Positions 11,976 through 23,743 of a stretch of 64,000 bases of DNA are shown in pieces. The position numbers and the translations under genes were made by a program. Source of the stretch: Rhodospirillaceae bacterium UBA1479 (GTDB taxonomy: Bacteria; Pseudomonadota; Alphaproteobacteria; Rhodospirillales; Casp-alpha2). Positions within the stretch are counted from its first letter, which is position 1, and the number at the start of each line of letters is the position of its first letter. The stretch is taken from contig DCRZ01000003.1 in the NCBI GenBank assembly GCA_002325375.1, forward strand, positions 3,306 to 67,305. The letters run 5' to 3'. The notes below the pieces were generated by a model. That model did not search any database. It had not been told where the DNA came from and saw only the letters and a program-made list of their open reading frames with translations.

Positions 11976-13097
11976 TCACTGCTTGCAGTTCATCTGCCGC
12001 TGCTGGCGGGTGGCCGTGCGCTTGAGGGAGCTATTGGCATTGGGGAAATCCGCAAACAGCTTGTCGATGGCCGCACAGCCTTCATTGTTCTGGCCCAGTT
12101 GGCCCAGCGACATGGCCAGCTTCAGCAGGCTGTCCGGCGCCTTGCCGCCCTTGGGGTCCTTTTCGAACCCCTGAAGGAAGACTTCGGCCGCCTTCACGTA
12201 TTCGGCCCGCGCGTAATGGGTTTCACCCAGCCAATAGCGCGCGTTGCTCGAAAGACTGCTGCCATCGTGCTTGCCCAGGAATTCCTTGAAGGCCGCTTCC
12301 GCCTGATCGAACTGGTGTTTGCGCAACAGGTCGAAAGCGAATTTGTACTGTTCCTCGGCCGTGCCGTCCGGCAGCACCGGGCCCTGTACCGCGCTGGACG
12401 GAGGCACGGACGCAGTCTGTTGCGGCGCCTGGACGCGGGTGACGGCGGCCGGGTTGGGGGCACCGGCAGGTGCCGGCATGGGCGCGGCCTGAACCGGCCC
12501 ACCAACGCCCGACGGGGCGGCCTTGGCGCCCCCCGGCTCGGCCGGCGAAGCATCGGATTTGACGAGATTGGGATCGATCTGGCCCAGGGTACCCGCAGGG
12601 CGGCCGATGATGCGGACCTCTCCCGGCGTCGGCGCCGCGTTGGCCTGGGGCCCGGCCGCACCCGGCTGCATGGCCGAGGAAGCCCCCGGCACGCGGCCCT
12701 GCTGTTCCAGCCCGGACAGGCGGAAATCCACATCGGTGACCAAGCGATCGACCCGCGCCGTCAGTTGATCCACGTTGTAGGTCATTTCTTCGATCCGCCC
12801 GGTCACGTCACGCAGTTCGTTTTCCAGCGTATCAAGCCGCACGCCGATGCGCGCCACGGCGTTCTGCGGCAGGTTGGGCATCGGCTCAACCGGTTTGGCG
12901 GCGGCCGGGAGGTCCGCAGCCGGCACGGCACCCGGGCCGCGGACGACCATTTTCGACAAGGTCTGGATATCCCGTTCCAGCCGTTCGAGACGCTGCGACA
13001 GGGCCTGCGCGTCCTGGGCCCGGGCCGGAACGGCGGCAGTCAGAACGGCGGCAAGGCAGAGCGTGGTCAGCGCGGTCGGGAATGTCATCAGACGCAT
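11976..13097 (-). CDS. cpoB: Tol-Pal system protein CpoB/YbgF
   Basis: Signal peptide, coiled coil, C-terminal TPR NARYWLGETHY...KAPDSLLKLAMSL; follows pal. Confidence 0.9.
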   Translation of the reverse strand: MRLMTFPTALTTLCLAAVLTAAVPARAQDAQALSQRLERLERDIQTLSKMVVRGPGAVPAADLPAAAKPVEPMPNLPQNAVARIGVRLDTLENELRDVTGRIEEMTYNVDQLTARVDRLVTDVDFRLSGLEQQGRVPGASSAMQPGAAGPQANAAPTPGEVRIIGRPAGTLGQIDPNLVKSDASPAEPGGAKAAPSGVGGPVQAAPMPAPAGAPNPAAVTRVQAPQQTASVPPSSAVQGPVLPDGTAEEQYKFAFDLLRKHQFDQAEAAFKEFLGKHDGSSLSSNARYWLGETHYARAEYVKAAEVFLQGFEKDPKGGKAPDSLLKLAMSLGQLGQNNEGCAAIDKLFADFPNANSSLKRTATRQQRQMNCKQ

Positions 13098-13201
13098 GGG
13101 AATTCGAGTGTCCCTGTTGTCGCGGTTGAAACGGGCGCGGCAATCCGAAACATCGGTTTCGCGGCCGCAGGCTGAATGCCCGTAATCCCAGGAATTTTAG
13201 G

Positions 13202-13250
13202 CAAAACTAAGGCGCTTGCCCATACCGCAATCCGCGGCCGGACAAGCGCC
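13202..13250 (-). terminator. Possible intrinsic terminator or attenuator after pal
   Basis: GGCGCTTG (13211-13218) / CAAGCGCC (13243-13250) stem, followed on the minus strand by TTAGTTTT. Confidence 0.4.
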
Positions 13251-13279
13251 CTAGAAAGGCTAGACGGTCAGCCCGAAGA

Positions 13280-13780
13280 TCAGGAGCCGGGGCCCGTCAC
13301 GACGGTCACGCCACGGCGGTTCTGCGACCAGGCGGTTTCGTCGGAGCCGAGCGCCACGGGGCGTTCCTCACCGTAGGAGACAGTCTTGATCCGCTTGGCG
13401 TCGATGCCGAGATAGATCAGATATTCTTTCACCGCATTGGCGCGGCGTTCGCCGAGCGCCAAGTTGTATTCCCGCGTGCCGCGTTCGTCGGCATGGCCTT
13501 CGATCGTCACCGTCACGGAGCTGTATTTCTTGAGCCAGGCGGCCTGAACATCCAGGACCTTCTTCTGGTCCTGCTCGACATCGAAGCGGTCGAACGAGAA
13601 GAACACCCGATCACCGACATCAACGACGAACTGATCCTTCAGAGCCAGCGGCGCGGCGGCCGGCAGCGGTGTAATCGACTGGCCAGAACCGGAGGCGCCG
13701 GCGCCCGATCCTGACGTGGATTCGCAGGCCGAAACTGCCAAGGCAAGAGCGGCGACCATTCCGAGAACTTTAAAGCGCAT
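13280..13780 (-). CDS. pal: Peptidoglycan-associated lipoprotein Pal
   Basis: Start trimmed to MRFKVLG. Lipobox VSAC; IEGHADERGTREYNLALGERRANAV. Confidence 0.96.
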   Translation of the reverse strand: MRFKVLGMVAALALAVSACESTSGSGAGASGSGQSITPLPAAAPLALKDQFVVDVGDRVFFSFDRFDVEQDQKKVLDVQAAWLKKYSSVTVTIEGHADERGTREYNLALGERRANAVKEYLIYLGIDAKRIKTVSYGEERPVALGSDETAWSQNRRGVTVVTGPGS

Positions 13781-14001
13781 GTAATCCCCCATTTGTCGGG
13801 TTTTAGTGCATTGCAAATCCGCCGGGGCTGCCGACGGTGAATTCTGCTTGGCCTTATAAAAAAAGGCCGTTCGTGTGATGTATTAACGGTTAAGCGTTCT
13901 GATTCCAAGTACTTTTTAAGTTCAAAGGCGTTCCGAGACCCTGCATTTTTGCATGCGCGAAATGTCTTTTTGTATGATCACTGTCACAACATTTCCGCTT
14001 G

Positions 14002-15402
14002 TCAGGGAATAAGTGGCGACCACGCTGGGTCGGACGCATCCATGGGGGTCGGAATCTCGCGTTCGTTATGCCCGGTCAAGTCAATGGACCACAGCTTCGA
14101 CTGCCCGCCGCTGCCGTCCTTTTCCGACCGGCCCTTGCGATAGAAGATCAACACACGCCCGTTGGGCGACCAGGTCGGCCCCTCGATCTTGAAGTCCTCG
14201 GCCAAAAGCCGTTCTCCCGATCCGTCCGGCTTCATGACGCCGATGAAGAACCGCCCGCCCGACAACTTGGTGAAGGCGATCAGATCGCCGCGCGGCGACC
14301 ACACGGGCGTGGCGTAACGCCCGTTGCCGAAGCTGATACGGCGCACGTTCTTGCCGCGGTCGTCCATCACGTAAAGCTGCTGGCTGCCGCCCCGGTCGGA
14401 GTTGAACACGACCTGATTGGCATCGGGCGAAAAGCTGGGCGAGGTATCGATGGCGGAATGGAACGTCAGCTGCCGCACCACGCGGGTGCGCAGGTCCATG
14501 ACATAGATTTCCGAGTTCCCGTCCTTGGCCATGGACATGATGATCTTCTTGCCGTCCGGCGAGAACCGGGGCGCGAAGGTCATGCCGGGAAAGTCGCCCA
14601 GGACTTCCTGACGGCCCGTGTCGATATTGAAGATATAGACGCGCGGGTTGTTGCGGAAATAGGACATGTAGGTGATTTCCTGCAACGTCGGCGAGAACCG
14701 GGGCGTCAGCACCAGGGTCGTGCCGTCGGTCAGGAAGCGGTGGTTCTCGCCGTCCTGATCCATGATCGCCAGCCGCTTGCCGAACGGGTTCAGGCGGTTG
14801 CGCCCGACCCCCTTGGCGTCCTTGGGCTGTTCCGCGACATAGACGATGCGCGTGTCGAAGTAACCGTCCTCGCCGGTGATGCGCTTGTAGATCGAATCAG
14901 AAATGATATGCGCCACGCGCCGCCAGTTGTCCGGCACGGTGAAATAGGCAAGGCCGATCATCTGCTGTTCCGAGAACACGTCCCACAGGCGGAATTCGAC
15001 GCGCAGCCGCCCGTCGGACACGACCTCGGTCCGGCCCTGGACCAGGGCCTGGGCGTTGATGACGCGCCAATCGCCGAACCGGGGCAACGCGTTGAGCGCC
15101 CCCGCCGACTGGATGAAAGCCTTGGGGTCAATCGGCTTGAACAGGCCGGAGCGTTCAAGGTTGGCGGCGATCACGCCGGCGATCTCGCGCCCGGCCCGGG
15201 CCGCGGCGCCGGATTTGCCGACGAAGTCGGTGACCGCGATGGGCAGCGGTTCAACGTTGCCCCGGGTGATGTCGATGGTGATCTCGGCGCGCGCCGGGCG
15301 GGCGTCGCTCAACGCCGCGGCGAAAGCCAACAGCGCGATCAGCGGGGCAAAGGTCTTCAGTGCGAATTTAGCGGGCATAATCATCGGCCTAATGGTCATC
15401 AC
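14002..15402 (-). CDS. tolB: Tol-Pal beta-propeller protein TolB
   Basis: [16 protein letters not shown], repeated [28 protein letters not shown] blades; exact start uncertain. Confidence 0.96.
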   Translation of the reverse strand: MMTIRPMIMPAKFALKTFAPLIALLAFAAALSDARPARAEITIDITRGNVEPLPIAVTDFVGKSGAAARAGREIAGVIAANLERSGLFKPIDPKAFIQSAGALNALPRFGDWRVINAQALVQGRTEVVSDGRLRVEFRLWDVFSEQQMIGLAYFTVPDNWRRVAHIISDSIYKRITGEDGYFDTRIVYVAEQPKDAKGVGRNRLNPFGKRLAIMDQDGENHRFLTDGTTLVLTPRFSPTLQEITYMSYFRNNPRVYIFNIDTGRQEVLGDFPGMTFAPRFSPDGKKIIMSMAKDGNSEIYVMDLRTRVVRQLTFHSAIDTSPSFSPDANQVVFNSDRGGSQQLYVMDDRGKNVRRISFGNGRYATPVWSPRGDLIAFTKLSGGRFFIGVMKPDGSGERLLAEDFKIEGPTWSPNGRVLIFYRKGRSEKDGSGGQSKLWSIDLTGHNEREIPTPMDASDPAWSPLIP

Positions 15403-16346
15403 AGCATTCCGCTCGGGTCAAATATGAACTTCAGATCGCGCCAGACATGATACTTGTCCGGCGGCAGGTTGAACTTGTTGCAGCGCGGATCCAGAACCGC
15501 ACGGCGGGCCGCCTCGACGGCGACCTGGAAATAACGGTCGGTGAACATGCGGCCCGTGTCCTCGACCTCGACCGACTGCACGGAACCGTCGGGGTTCATG
15601 GTCAGTCGAAGTTCCGGCCTCAGCTTTTCCGCCCCCGGCGCACCATAGGGCGGCGACCAGCACTTGGACACCTGGTTGCGGATCATCGTGCGCCACTGGT
15701 CGATCTCAAGCTGCGATACCTTCTTGTCCGGATCGTACTTGATCGACTTGGAATTGTTCTGCAAGGCCGCCCGGATGCGCGCCATGGTGTCGTCCTTGGG
15801 CGCTTCAGACACTTTCTTCTCCGGCTTTTCCTCGGGCTTGGGCGTCGGCTGCTGCTTGATCTTCTCAAGCGTCTTCAGCACGGAGGCCGTGTCGAAGGTC
15901 GGCTTCTGCGGCTTCTTGGGCTTCTTCGGGACCTCGACTTGGGCCAGTTTCGGTTTGGGCGGCTCCGGCTTTTTCTCGGGCTTGGGTTCCGCTTCCTTCT
16001 TGGGCTCCGGCTCGGGCTTGGGTTCCGGTTTCGCCTTGGGCAGGGGTTCGGGCTCCGCCTCCGGCTTGGGCGGCAGGGCCGCGACCTCCGGCTGCTTGGG
16101 CGTCGGCGGCGCCGGTTTCGGCTTGGGCGGCGTCGGGGGCTTGGGCGGTTCGGCCTTGGCCTCTTTCTTCGGGGTTTCCTGAACCGGGATCGGCGGCGCG
16201 TTGCGCATCTCATCGACGTCGACGATCTCGACGAAGATCGGCTGCTCTTCATGCAACGGCGTGATCTTGTTGAACGGCAGACCAAGCCAAGCAGCCAGCA
16301 CCAAACCCACGTGCAGGGAGACGGATGTGATCAGTGCGGTCCGCAA
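15399..16346 (-). CDS. tolA: TolA (TonB-like energy transducer)
   Basis: N-terminal TM with SxxxH (SVSLH), Pro/Glu/Lys-rich linker, C-terminal CWSPP...AARRAV domain; lies between tolR and tolB. Confidence 0.88.
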   Translation of the reverse strand: MRTALITSVSLHVGLVLAAWLGLPFNKITPLHEEQPIFVEIVDVDEMRNAPPIPVQETPKKEAKAEPPKPPTPPKPKPAPPTPKQPEVAALPPKPEAEPEPLPKAKPEPKPEPEPKKEAEPKPEKKPEPPKPKLAQVEVPKKPKKPQKPTFDTASVLKTLEKIKQQPTPKPEEKPEKKVSEAPKDDTMARIRAALQNNSKSIKYDPDKKVSQLEIDQWRTMIRNQVSKCWSPPYGAPGAEKLRPELRLTMNPDGSVQSVEVEDTGRMFTDRYFQVAVEAARRAVLDPRCNKFNLPPDKYHVWRDLKFIFDPSGML

Positions 16347-16357
16347 GGGGCCCCGGC

Positions 16358-16816
16358 TTACTTCTTGGCAGGCGGGCGTTTCGCCGCCTTGCCCGGTTCC
16401 TGCGCGATCAACGCCACACGCCGGTAGCCGGCTGCGTTGATCTGTCCCATCACCGCCATGACACGCCCGTAATTGATGGCCCTATCCCCTCTGACGAAGA
16501 TCCGAATGTCCGGATTGTTACCGGTGATAGCGTGCAATCTTGGCACCAATGTGTCCAAGTCGACGGCCGTGTCCTGAATATAAATCTGCCCGCCGGCGTC
16601 GACGCTGACGGCCAACGGCTCATCCTGGCCGCTGACGGCACCCGCCTTGGTGTCCGGCAGGTCGACCTGAACCCCCACGGTCAGCAGCGGCGCCGTGACC
16701 ATGAAGATGATGAGCAGGACCAACATCACGTCGACGAACGGCGTAACGTTGATGTCGCTCATCAGCGCCCGGTTCTTGCGTCGTCGGCGCGAGGTCCGCT
16801 GTATGGTGACGGCCAC
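16358..16816 (-). CDS. tolR: TolR
   Basis: DINVTPFVDVMLVLLIIFMV; IRGDRAINYGRVMAVM. Confidence 0.95.
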   Translation of the reverse strand: MAVTIQRTSRRRRKNRALMSDINVTPFVDVMLVLLIIFMVTAPLLTVGVQVDLPDTKAGAVSGQDEPLAVSVDAGGQIYIQDTAVDLDTLVPRLHAITGNNPDIRIFVRGDRAINYGRVMAVMGQINAAGYRRVALIAQEPGKAAKRPPAKK

Positions 16817-16833
16817 GTTTCTGTTCCCCCGCC

Positions 16834-17544
<711 letters not shown>

Positions 17545-17569
17545 CTTTGTCCGTCTCGTTCCGTTTTTC

Positions 17570-18007
17570 TTAAGCCTCGCCGCCGACGTCGGCGATCCGG
17601 GCCATTTCAATTCGCACCTCGGCCGGCAGGCGCACGGGCCGTCCGGCCGTGTTCATACAGGCGAGGGTCAGGCTCATCTGCACCAGGTCTTCATCGTCCC
17701 GGCGCACCACTTGGGCCATCTCCACGGTCGCCCCCCGCACCGCCAGCACCCGTGTTTCGACGCTGAGGGCGTCGTCCAGCCGCGCCGGCTTCAGGTATTC
17801 GGCACTGACCCGGCGCACGGCAAGCGCGACGCCCTTCTGCGCCAAAATCGCGGAATTTTCAAATCCCAGTTCACGCAGAAGCTCCGTCCGGGCGCGTTCC
17901 GCATAGCGCAGATAGTTGGCGTAATAGACGATGCCGCCGGCGTCCGTATCCTCGTAATAGACACGCACGGGCATGCGGTGGCAGGGCGTTTCTCCTGTTC
18001 CGATCAC
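17570..18007 (-). CDS. ybgC: Tol-Pal associated acyl-CoA thioesterase
   Basis: [28 protein letters not shown]; lies upstream of tolQ. Confidence 0.93.
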   Translation of the reverse strand: MIGTGETPCHRMPVRVYYEDTDAGGIVYYANYLRYAERARTELLRELGFENSAILAQKGVALAVRRVSAEYLKPARLDDALSVETRVLAVRGATVEMAQVVRRDDEDLVQMSLTLACMNTAGRPVRLPAEVRIEMARIADVGGEA

Positions 18008-19065
18008 GCATCATCCTCCGTCCTACTTGTGGCGGAAAGAAGGTCAAGTTGCGGCGCACCCGGCGGCAGGTCGAGCCCCAGATGCCGGAACGTCTCCGGC
18101 GTCACGGCGCGACCGCGCGGCGTGCGCATCAATAATCCCTGCTGGATCAGGAAGGGTTCGATCACTTCCTCGATGGTGTCGCGCTGTTCCGACAGGGCGG
18201 CGGCCAAGGTTTCGACGCCGACCGGCCCGCCGCCGTAATTGCCGCAGATGCAGGTCAGGTAGCGGCGGTCCATGGCGTCGAGCCCGCGCTGATCGACCTC
18301 AAGCCGCGTCAGGGCCGCATCGGCGATCCGGGCATCCACGGACCCGGACCCGTCGACAGCGGCGAAATCGCGGACCCGGCGCAGCAGGCGTCCCGCGACC
18401 CGCGGCGTTCCGCGGGACCGGCGGGCGATTTCCAACGCCCCCTCGGACGTCAAGTCCAGGCCCAGCAATGCCGCCCCCCGGCGCACGATTCCTTCGAGTG
18501 CTTCCGGGCTGTAAAAATTGAGCCGCACCGGAATGCCGAAACGGTCGCGCAGCGGCGTCGTGATCAGGCCGGAGCGGGTCGTGGCGCCGACCAGGGTGAA
18601 GGGCGGCAGGTCGATGCGCACGGAGCGCGCCGCCGGCCCCTCGCCGATGATCAGGTCGAGCTGATAATCCTCCATCGCCGGATAGAGGATTTCCTCGACA
18701 ATCGGGCTGAGGCGGTGGATTTCGTCGATGAACAGAACGTCGCGCGGCTGCAGATTGGTGAGGATCGCCGCCAGGTCCCCCGCCTTGGCGACCACGGGGC
18801 CCGAGGTGGCGCGGAAGCCCACGCCCAGTTCGCGGGCGACGATCTGCGCCAGGGTCGTCTTGCCCAATCCCGGAGGACCGAAGAACAGGACATGGTCCAT
18901 GGCTTCGCCGCGTGACCGCGCGGCCTCGATGAACACCTTCAGGTTTTCACGCGCCTGGTCCTGGCCGACGAAATCGTCAAGCGCTTGGGGTCGCAGGCCG
19001 GGGTCGGCGGCAAAGTCGTCTTCCACGACTTCCGGCTGGATCATGCGTTCCTCGGCCATCGTCAC
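18004..19065 (-). CDS. ruvB: Holliday junction branch migration helicase RuvB
   Basis: [36 protein letters not shown]. Confidence 0.97.
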   Translation of the reverse strand: MTMAEERMIQPEVVEDDFAADPGLRPQALDDFVGQDQARENLKVFIEAARSRGEAMDHVLFFGPPGLGKTTLAQIVARELGVGFRATSGPVVAKAGDLAAILTNLQPRDVLFIDEIHRLSPIVEEILYPAMEDYQLDLIIGEGPAARSVRIDLPPFTLVGATTRSGLITTPLRDRFGIPVRLNFYSPEALEGIVRRGAALLGLDLTSEGALEIARRSRGTPRVAGRLLRRVRDFAAVDGSGSVDARIADAALTRLEVDQRGLDAMDRRYLTCICGNYGGGPVGVETLAAALSEQRDTIEEVIEPFLIQQGLLMRTPRGRAVTPETFRHLGLDLPPGAPQLDLLSATSRTEDDA

Positions 19066-19725
19066 TTACGCCCCCCGCCGCTGGTCGCTTGGGGCAAGCT
19101 CGGCCAGCCCGGCACGGATCAGGGCCTCCAGGGTCAAGGCGGCATCCGACGCCTGGGCGGCGCGGGACACCGCCCCCAAGGCTTCCGACGGCGTATAGCC
19201 GAGGTTGACCAAGGCCGAGGCGGCGTCGCGCAGCAGATCCTGCGCCGCGTCGCCGGCGGTGTCCGGTTTGGCCGCACCCGGGGCCGGTGCCACACCGCCC
19301 TTGGCCGCCACCGGACCCAGGGCCAAGGCACCGACCTTGTCCTTCAATTCATGGAGAATACGCTGCGCCAGCTTGGGCCCGACGCCCGGTGCGCGGCAGA
19401 TCGCCGCCTTGTCACCGGCCGCGATGGCCTGCAGCAACATGTCGCCGGTCAGCGCCGACAGCATGGCGAGGGCAACCTTGGCGCCGACGCCCTGCACGGT
19501 GGTCAACAGGCGGAACCAATCCTGTTCGTCGGCGCGCAGAAAACCGTACAGATGGATGTGGTCTTCGCGCACATGGGTTTCGATGAACAAGGCGACCGCA
19601 TCGCCCTGCCCCATTTGCGACAGGGTCCGCGACGACGCGTGCACCAGATAGCCGACACCGTTCACGTCGATCACGGCAGTGTCCGTCCCCACCGCATCGA
19701 CCAGTCCTTTCAGACGCGCGATCAC
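19066..19725 (-). CDS. ruvA: Holliday junction branch migration protein RuvA
   Basis: [36 protein letters not shown]. Confidence 0.96.
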   Translation of the reverse strand: MIARLKGLVDAVGTDTAVIDVNGVGYLVHASSRTLSQMGQGDAVALFIETHVREDHIHLYGFLRADEQDWFRLLTTVQGVGAKVALAMLSALTGDMLLQAIAAGDKAAICRAPGVGPKLAQRILHELKDKVGALALGPVAAKGGVAPAPGAAKPDTAGDAAQDLLRDAASALVNLGYTPSEALGAVSRAAQASDAALTLEALIRAGLAELAPSDQRRGA

Positions 19726-20234
19726 CGGGCCGCCCCCGCCATGGCGGCGTTCGACGCATGGCCCGGGGCCGTGCGGTGATGAGCGTGACAGATGGCGACG
19801 GCCAGGGCATCGGCGCTATCGGCACTTTTGAAGGCCGCCCCCGGCAACAGCGTGCGCACCATCATCTGGACCTGTTCCTTGGCCGCATGGCCGGTGCCGA
19901 CCACGGTCTTTTTCACAAGGTTGGGGGTGTATTCGAACACCGGCAGACCGGCCAGGGCCGGCACCAGCATGGAAATGCCGCGGGCCTGGCCCAGTTTCAG
20001 GGTCGTCGTCGGATTGGTGTTGACGAAGGTTTCCTCGACCGCCGCCTCGACCGGGGCCATGGCGCGGATGACCTCGACCAGCCCGTCGTGAAGTTGCACC
20101 AGACGTTCGGCAAGGCTGGCCTTCGGATCGGAGGAAACAACGCCGTCGGCGACATAGCGAAGCCGGTTGCCGGCGTGTTCGATGACGCCCCATCCGGTGT
20201 TCTTCAACCCCGGGTCAAACCCGATCAGCCGCAT
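19722..20234 (-). CDS. ruvC: Crossover junction endodeoxyribonuclease RuvC
   Basis: [36 protein letters not shown]. Confidence 0.96.
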   Translation of the reverse strand: MRLIGFDPGLKNTGWGVIEHAGNRLRYVADGVVSSDPKASLAERLVQLHDGLVEVIRAMAPVEAAVEETFVNTNPTTTLKLGQARGISMLVPALAGLPVFEYTPNLVKKTVVGTGHAAKEQVQMMVRTLLPGAAFKSADSADALAVAICHAHHRTAPGHASNAAMAGAAR

Positions 20235-20280
20235 CCGTGTTCCATTCCGCTCCGTATCCCTGTGGCGTCCGCTTTACGGT

Positions 20281-21024
20281 TTAAGCGCTCAGCCTTTCCA
20301 TGATCTCGTCGTCGACCTCGAAGTTGGCGGCGACGCGCTGCACGTCGTCATTGTCTTCCAATGCATCAATCAGCTTCAGCAATGTCTGCGCCGTGCCTTC
20401 ATCGACGGAGATGGAATTCTGCGGCTTCCAGGCCAGGCGCGCCTCTTCCGGCTCGCCGAAGCGTTCTTCGAGCGCGTCACGCACGGCGGCGAAATCGTCA
20501 GGCTGGCAGGTGATGGTGTGGTTTTCGTCATCCGATTCCACGTCCTCCGCGCCCGCTTCCAAAGCCCCTTCGAACATGGCCTCGGCGCCGGCGACGGCGG
20601 CCGGATAGGTGATCTGGCCGACCCGGTCGAACATGAAGGCGACGCTGCCCGTCTCGCCCAGGTTGCCGCCGTTCTTGGAAAAGGCGGTGCGGACTTCCGA
20701 GGCCGTGCGGTTACGGTTGTCGGACAGGGCCTCGACGATCACGGCGACGCCGCCCGGGCCGTAGCCTTCGTAACGGATTTCCTCGTAATTCTCGGCGTCG
20801 GAGCCCTGGGCCTTTTGGATCGCCCGATTGATGACGTCGTTGGGCATGTTCAGGGCCTTGGCGTTGGCGACGGCCAAACGCAAGGCGGCATTGAAGTTGG
20901 GATCGGGGCCGTTGCGCGCGGCGACCGTCACTTCGCGGCCCAGTTTGGCGAAGACCTTCGCCCGCTTGGCGTCCTGACGGCCTTTGCGGTGCATGATGTT
21001 CTTAAATTTGGAATGACCAGCCAT
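20281..21024 (-). CDS. yebC: YebC/PmpR family protein
   Basis: [37 protein letters not shown]. Confidence 0.95.
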   Translation of the reverse strand: MAGHSKFKNIMHRKGRQDAKRAKVFAKLGREVTVAARNGPDPNFNAALRLAVANAKALNMPNDVINRAIQKAQGSDAENYEEIRYEGYGPGGVAVIVEALSDNRNRTASEVRTAFSKNGGNLGETGSVAFMFDRVGQITYPAAVAGAEAMFEGALEAGAEDVESDDENHTITCQPDDFAAVRDALEERFGEPEEARLAWKPQNSISVDEGTAQTLLKLIDALEDNDDVQRVAANFEVDDEIMERLSA

Positions 21025-21191
21025 TTTGGCGGGAACCCCCTATATGTCGTGGCGATTCGTCGGGATTATACCCAAATGATGGGACCGGCGCGAGTGTCAC
21101 CGGCGATGAAGCTAGGCCCGCAATATGGCAAGATTTCGTCCGCCGTGAAAGGCCGCAGGCCGTGGAAAAGGTTGATTCTCAGGTTAACCGG

Positions 21192-22019
21192 CTATCCCGG
21201 CACCGCCGGTGCCAGGCGTCCGCCCAGGCGCACGGGCTCCGCCCGCGTCGCCAGACCCGTGCCATCGTCGGTTTCCAGGTACATGGCGCAGAAGGTCGCC
21301 TCGCCGCTCGCGGGCTCCAACCGGCCCTGCGGCAGCTTGGTGGTGAACCGCGCCGTGGCGTTTTCCTTCTGCATGCCGATCACGGAATCATAATCGCCGG
21401 TCATGCCCAGATCCGTCTGATAGGCCGTGCCGCCCTTGAACACCTGGGCGTCCGCCGTCGGCACATGGGTATGGGTCCCGACCACCGCCGACACCCGGCC
21501 ATCCAGGAAATGGGCCATGGCCATCTTTTCCGACGATGCCTCGCCGTGCAGGTCGAGCAGGATGGCATCGACGTTGCCACGCCCGCCGGCCGCCCCCAGG
21601 CGGTGGTTCTTCAAAGCCTCGTCCACCCCGGCGAAGGGGTCGTCGAGCGGGTCCATGAACAAACGGCACATGGCGTGCACGACCATGACCTTGCGGCCGT
21701 CCTTGGTCTCGAACACGCCGGCCCCCTTGCCGGGCGTGCCGGCGGGAAAATTCAGGGGCCGCAGCAAGCGGTCGTCGCCGTCGATGTAGTTCATGATCTC
21801 GCGCTGATCCCACACATGGTTGCCCGTGGTGATGACATCCGCCCCCTGGGCGTACAGATCGTTGCAGATCGCCTCGGTGATGCCGAAGCCATGGGCCGCG
21901 TTCTCGCCGTTGACGATGACGAAGTCGAGGTCCAGTTGCGCACGCAAGGCCGGCAGATGTTTGGCCACGGCGTCCCGGCCGCTACGGCCGACCACATCCC
22001 CGACAATCATGATTTTCAT
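21192..22019 (-). CDS. ymdB: YmdB-like metallophosphoesterase (TIGR00282 type)
   Basis: VGDVVGRSG, NGENAAHG, TTGNHVWD, DLHGEASSEK, GTHTH, TDLGMTG. Confidence 0.9.
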   Translation of the reverse strand: MKIMIVGDVVGRSGRDAVAKHLPALRAQLDLDFVIVNGENAAHGFGITEAICNDLYAQGADVITTGNHVWDQREIMNYIDGDDRLLRPLNFPAGTPGKGAGVFETKDGRKVMVVHAMCRLFMDPLDDPFAGVDEALKNHRLGAAGGRGNVDAILLDLHGEASSEKMAMAHFLDGRVSAVVGTHTHVPTADAQVFKGGTAYQTDLGMTGDYDSVIGMQKENATARFTTKLPQGRLEPASGEATFCAMYLETDDGTGLATRAEPVRLGGRLAPAVPG

Positions 22020-22071
22020 AAACTGACCTTAATACCTAGTGCCTTGGCCCCAAAATGCCATGCCGGGACCG

Positions 22072-22665
22072 TTAAGGCGTAATTTTAATGATGTCGTCCT
22101 CGGTCACGACCCAGTCAAGGCGTGCGTCGTAATGGTCGCGCGGCACGGCGTCAACTTCCTGGGCCGAATAACCGACCCCGACAGCGGCAACCGGCGTGCC
22201 GGAATTTCGCAGTTCGGCCAAGGTCCGGTCATAGAATCCGCCCCCCCAGCCAAGCCGATATCCGACCCGGTCGAAGGCAAGCAGCGGCACCAGGAGCAAA
22301 TCAGGGCGCACGTCCTCCGCTCCGTCCGCCGGATGACGGGTGCCGAACACGCCGTTCGTCAGCTTCGCCCCCGGTGCCCAGGCCCGGAACCGAAGCGGCT
22401 GTGCCTTGCCCACGACCACGGGCAGACAGCCCTGCCAGCCGTTGGCGGCCAGGGCCAGGATTGCGGGGAGGACGTCCATTTCGTCCTGCATGGCGAGATA
22501 GCCGGACACCCAGCCCGGCCCGGTTGCGGCGCTCAACCCTTGCGCCAGCGCCACGGCATGACTGGCGACGGCGGTGGCACCACCTGACCCCAGGCCGGCA
22601 CGCGCGCGAACACGGCGGGCGGCGGCTTCTTTACGCAGGAGACGCTTTTGCTCGAGGAGATCCAT
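22072..22665 (-). CDS. ygfA: 5-formyltetrahydrofolate cyclo-ligase
   Basis: Start trimmed to MDLLEQK. LVPLLAFDRVGYRLGWGGGFYDRTL; follows 6S RNA. Confidence 0.92.
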   Translation of the reverse strand: MDLLEQKRLLRKEAAARRVRARAGLGSGGATAVASHAVALAQGLSAATGPGWVSGYLAMQDEMDVLPAILALAANGWQGCLPVVVGKAQPLRFRAWAPGAKLTNGVFGTRHPADGAEDVRPDLLLVPLLAFDRVGYRLGWGGGFYDRTLAELRNSGTPVAAVGVGYSAQEVDAVPRDHYDARLDWVVTEDDIIKITP

Positions 22666-22734
22666 AATGATTTGATGACGGGCCCCGAAATTCGGGCGCC
22701 GTAACAATATCCAAACAATACCCAGGACGAAAAA

Positions 22735-22890
22735 AGTCGGCGGTGCCGCAGTAGCCGTCGGCGTTAAGATCCTCCGTGGCCTGCTCTCAACAGGTTGGGC
22801 ACCGTGATACCGAGTGTCCAGGACGAACCCGTGCAACCCGGCAGGGACAGCACCCTTAAAGGACGCATCGCCCCAGGGATAATGTGCCTA
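22735..22890 (-). ncRNA. ssrS: 6S RNA (boundaries approximate)
   Basis: Classic zapA-ssrS-ygfA position. Minus strand reads CCTTTAAGGGTGCTGTCCCTG...GGTGCCCAACCT...GGATC...ACGGCTACTGCGGC, resembling alphaproteobacterial 6S motifs as recalled; GGCG/TCCT can pair with AGGA/CGCC. Confidence 0.75.
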
Positions 22891-22922
22891 ACGCGCTCCG
22901 CAGCGCTCCGCCTGAGCGGAAG

Positions 22923-23258
22923 TTAGGCTTGTTCAAGCCCCACGGCAATGCCTTCGATGCGATCGGCGATACTTTCCAGGGTGCGGCTGACCTTTTCCTC
23001 GGATTCGATCAGCCGGGCGACGCCTTCGCTTTTGCGGCTGATCGACTCCAGTTCCGCATAGGCGTCGGACAATTCGTCGGCGAGAAGCAGGCTGACCATG
23101 ACCAGAAGCCGGGCATCGCCGGCCTGGCCGACGGCGGCGACCAGTTCCTGAACCCGGTTGTCGACATACTTGCCGAGCCGCGACAGGTGCGCTTCCTGCC
23201 CGTCGTCGCAGGCGACCTGATACTGACGTCCGTTGATGGTGACGGTGACATGGGCCAT
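22923..23258 (-). CDS. zapA: Cell division protein ZapA
   Basis: VTVTINGRQYQVACDDGQEAHL, RLLVMVSLLLADEL. Confidence 0.93.
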   Translation of the reverse strand: MAHVTVTINGRQYQVACDDGQEAHLSRLGKYVDNRVQELVAAVGQAGDARLLVMVSLLLADELSDAYAELESISRKSEGVARLIESEEKVSRTLESIADRIEGIAVGLEQA

Positions 23259-23272
23259 GGCGTGATCCGACC

Positions 23273-23503
23273 CTAGCCTTCGAGGACTTTTTCAAGGCGG
23301 CCGATGGCGCCGTCGAGACGCCCCTTGACCTCCTCGGTCACGGTCTGCAAGCGGGCGTTCTCCGCCCGCAATGCCGCCGTGTCGCCGCCGCCCTCGGCCG
23401 CGGCGGTGCCGCGTGCCTGTACGGCCTTTTCCAGACGCGACAAAGCGCCTTCCAACCGCTCGAAAGCGCGGTCCACTCGTGATGGTTTACTGATGGTCGC
23501 CAC
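23273..23503 (-). CDS. Small coiled-coil protein upstream of zapA (DUF4164/ZauP-like)
   Basis: Probable GTG start at 23503. RLEGALSRLEKAV...LRAENARLQ...VKGRLDGAIGRLEKVLE heptads; conserved position. Confidence 0.75.
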   Translation of the reverse strand: MATISKPSRVDRAFERLEGALSRLEKAVQARGTAAAEGGGDTAALRAENARLQTVTEEVKGRLDGAIGRLEKVLEG

Positions 23504-23520
23504 AAACACCCCCCGACCCA

Positions 23521-23545
23521 ACTAAGAAAATATAATTGTCTTAGT
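23521..23545. promoter_or_regulatory. Inverted repeat ACTAAGA-N11-TCTTAGT in the divergent gap promoter region
   Basis: Perfect 7-bp arms at 23521-23527 and 23539-23545 around an AT-rich spacer. Confidence 0.35.
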
Positions 23546-23743
23546 GGGTAAAAATTTTATGAAGAATAGGTGCCTATGCACATAAGTTCAACCACCACAT
23601 CAATTGGACGGCATTGCGCCCCAGACAACCGGGCGTTCGCGGGTTTACAGGGGGCGGTGGGTAGCCTATATGCTCGCCCCGGACAGAGGCATCCGTCGCA
23701 GGGGCCTCAAGGCAGGAAATTCAACAAATTTACGGAGGCATTC

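Noticed and set aside
15840-16200. Repetitive DNA in tolA, Pro runs at 27950-28280 and the GAC/GAT run near 33591-33627
   Set aside because: These are low-complexity protein linkers, not CRISPR arrays or mobile repeats.
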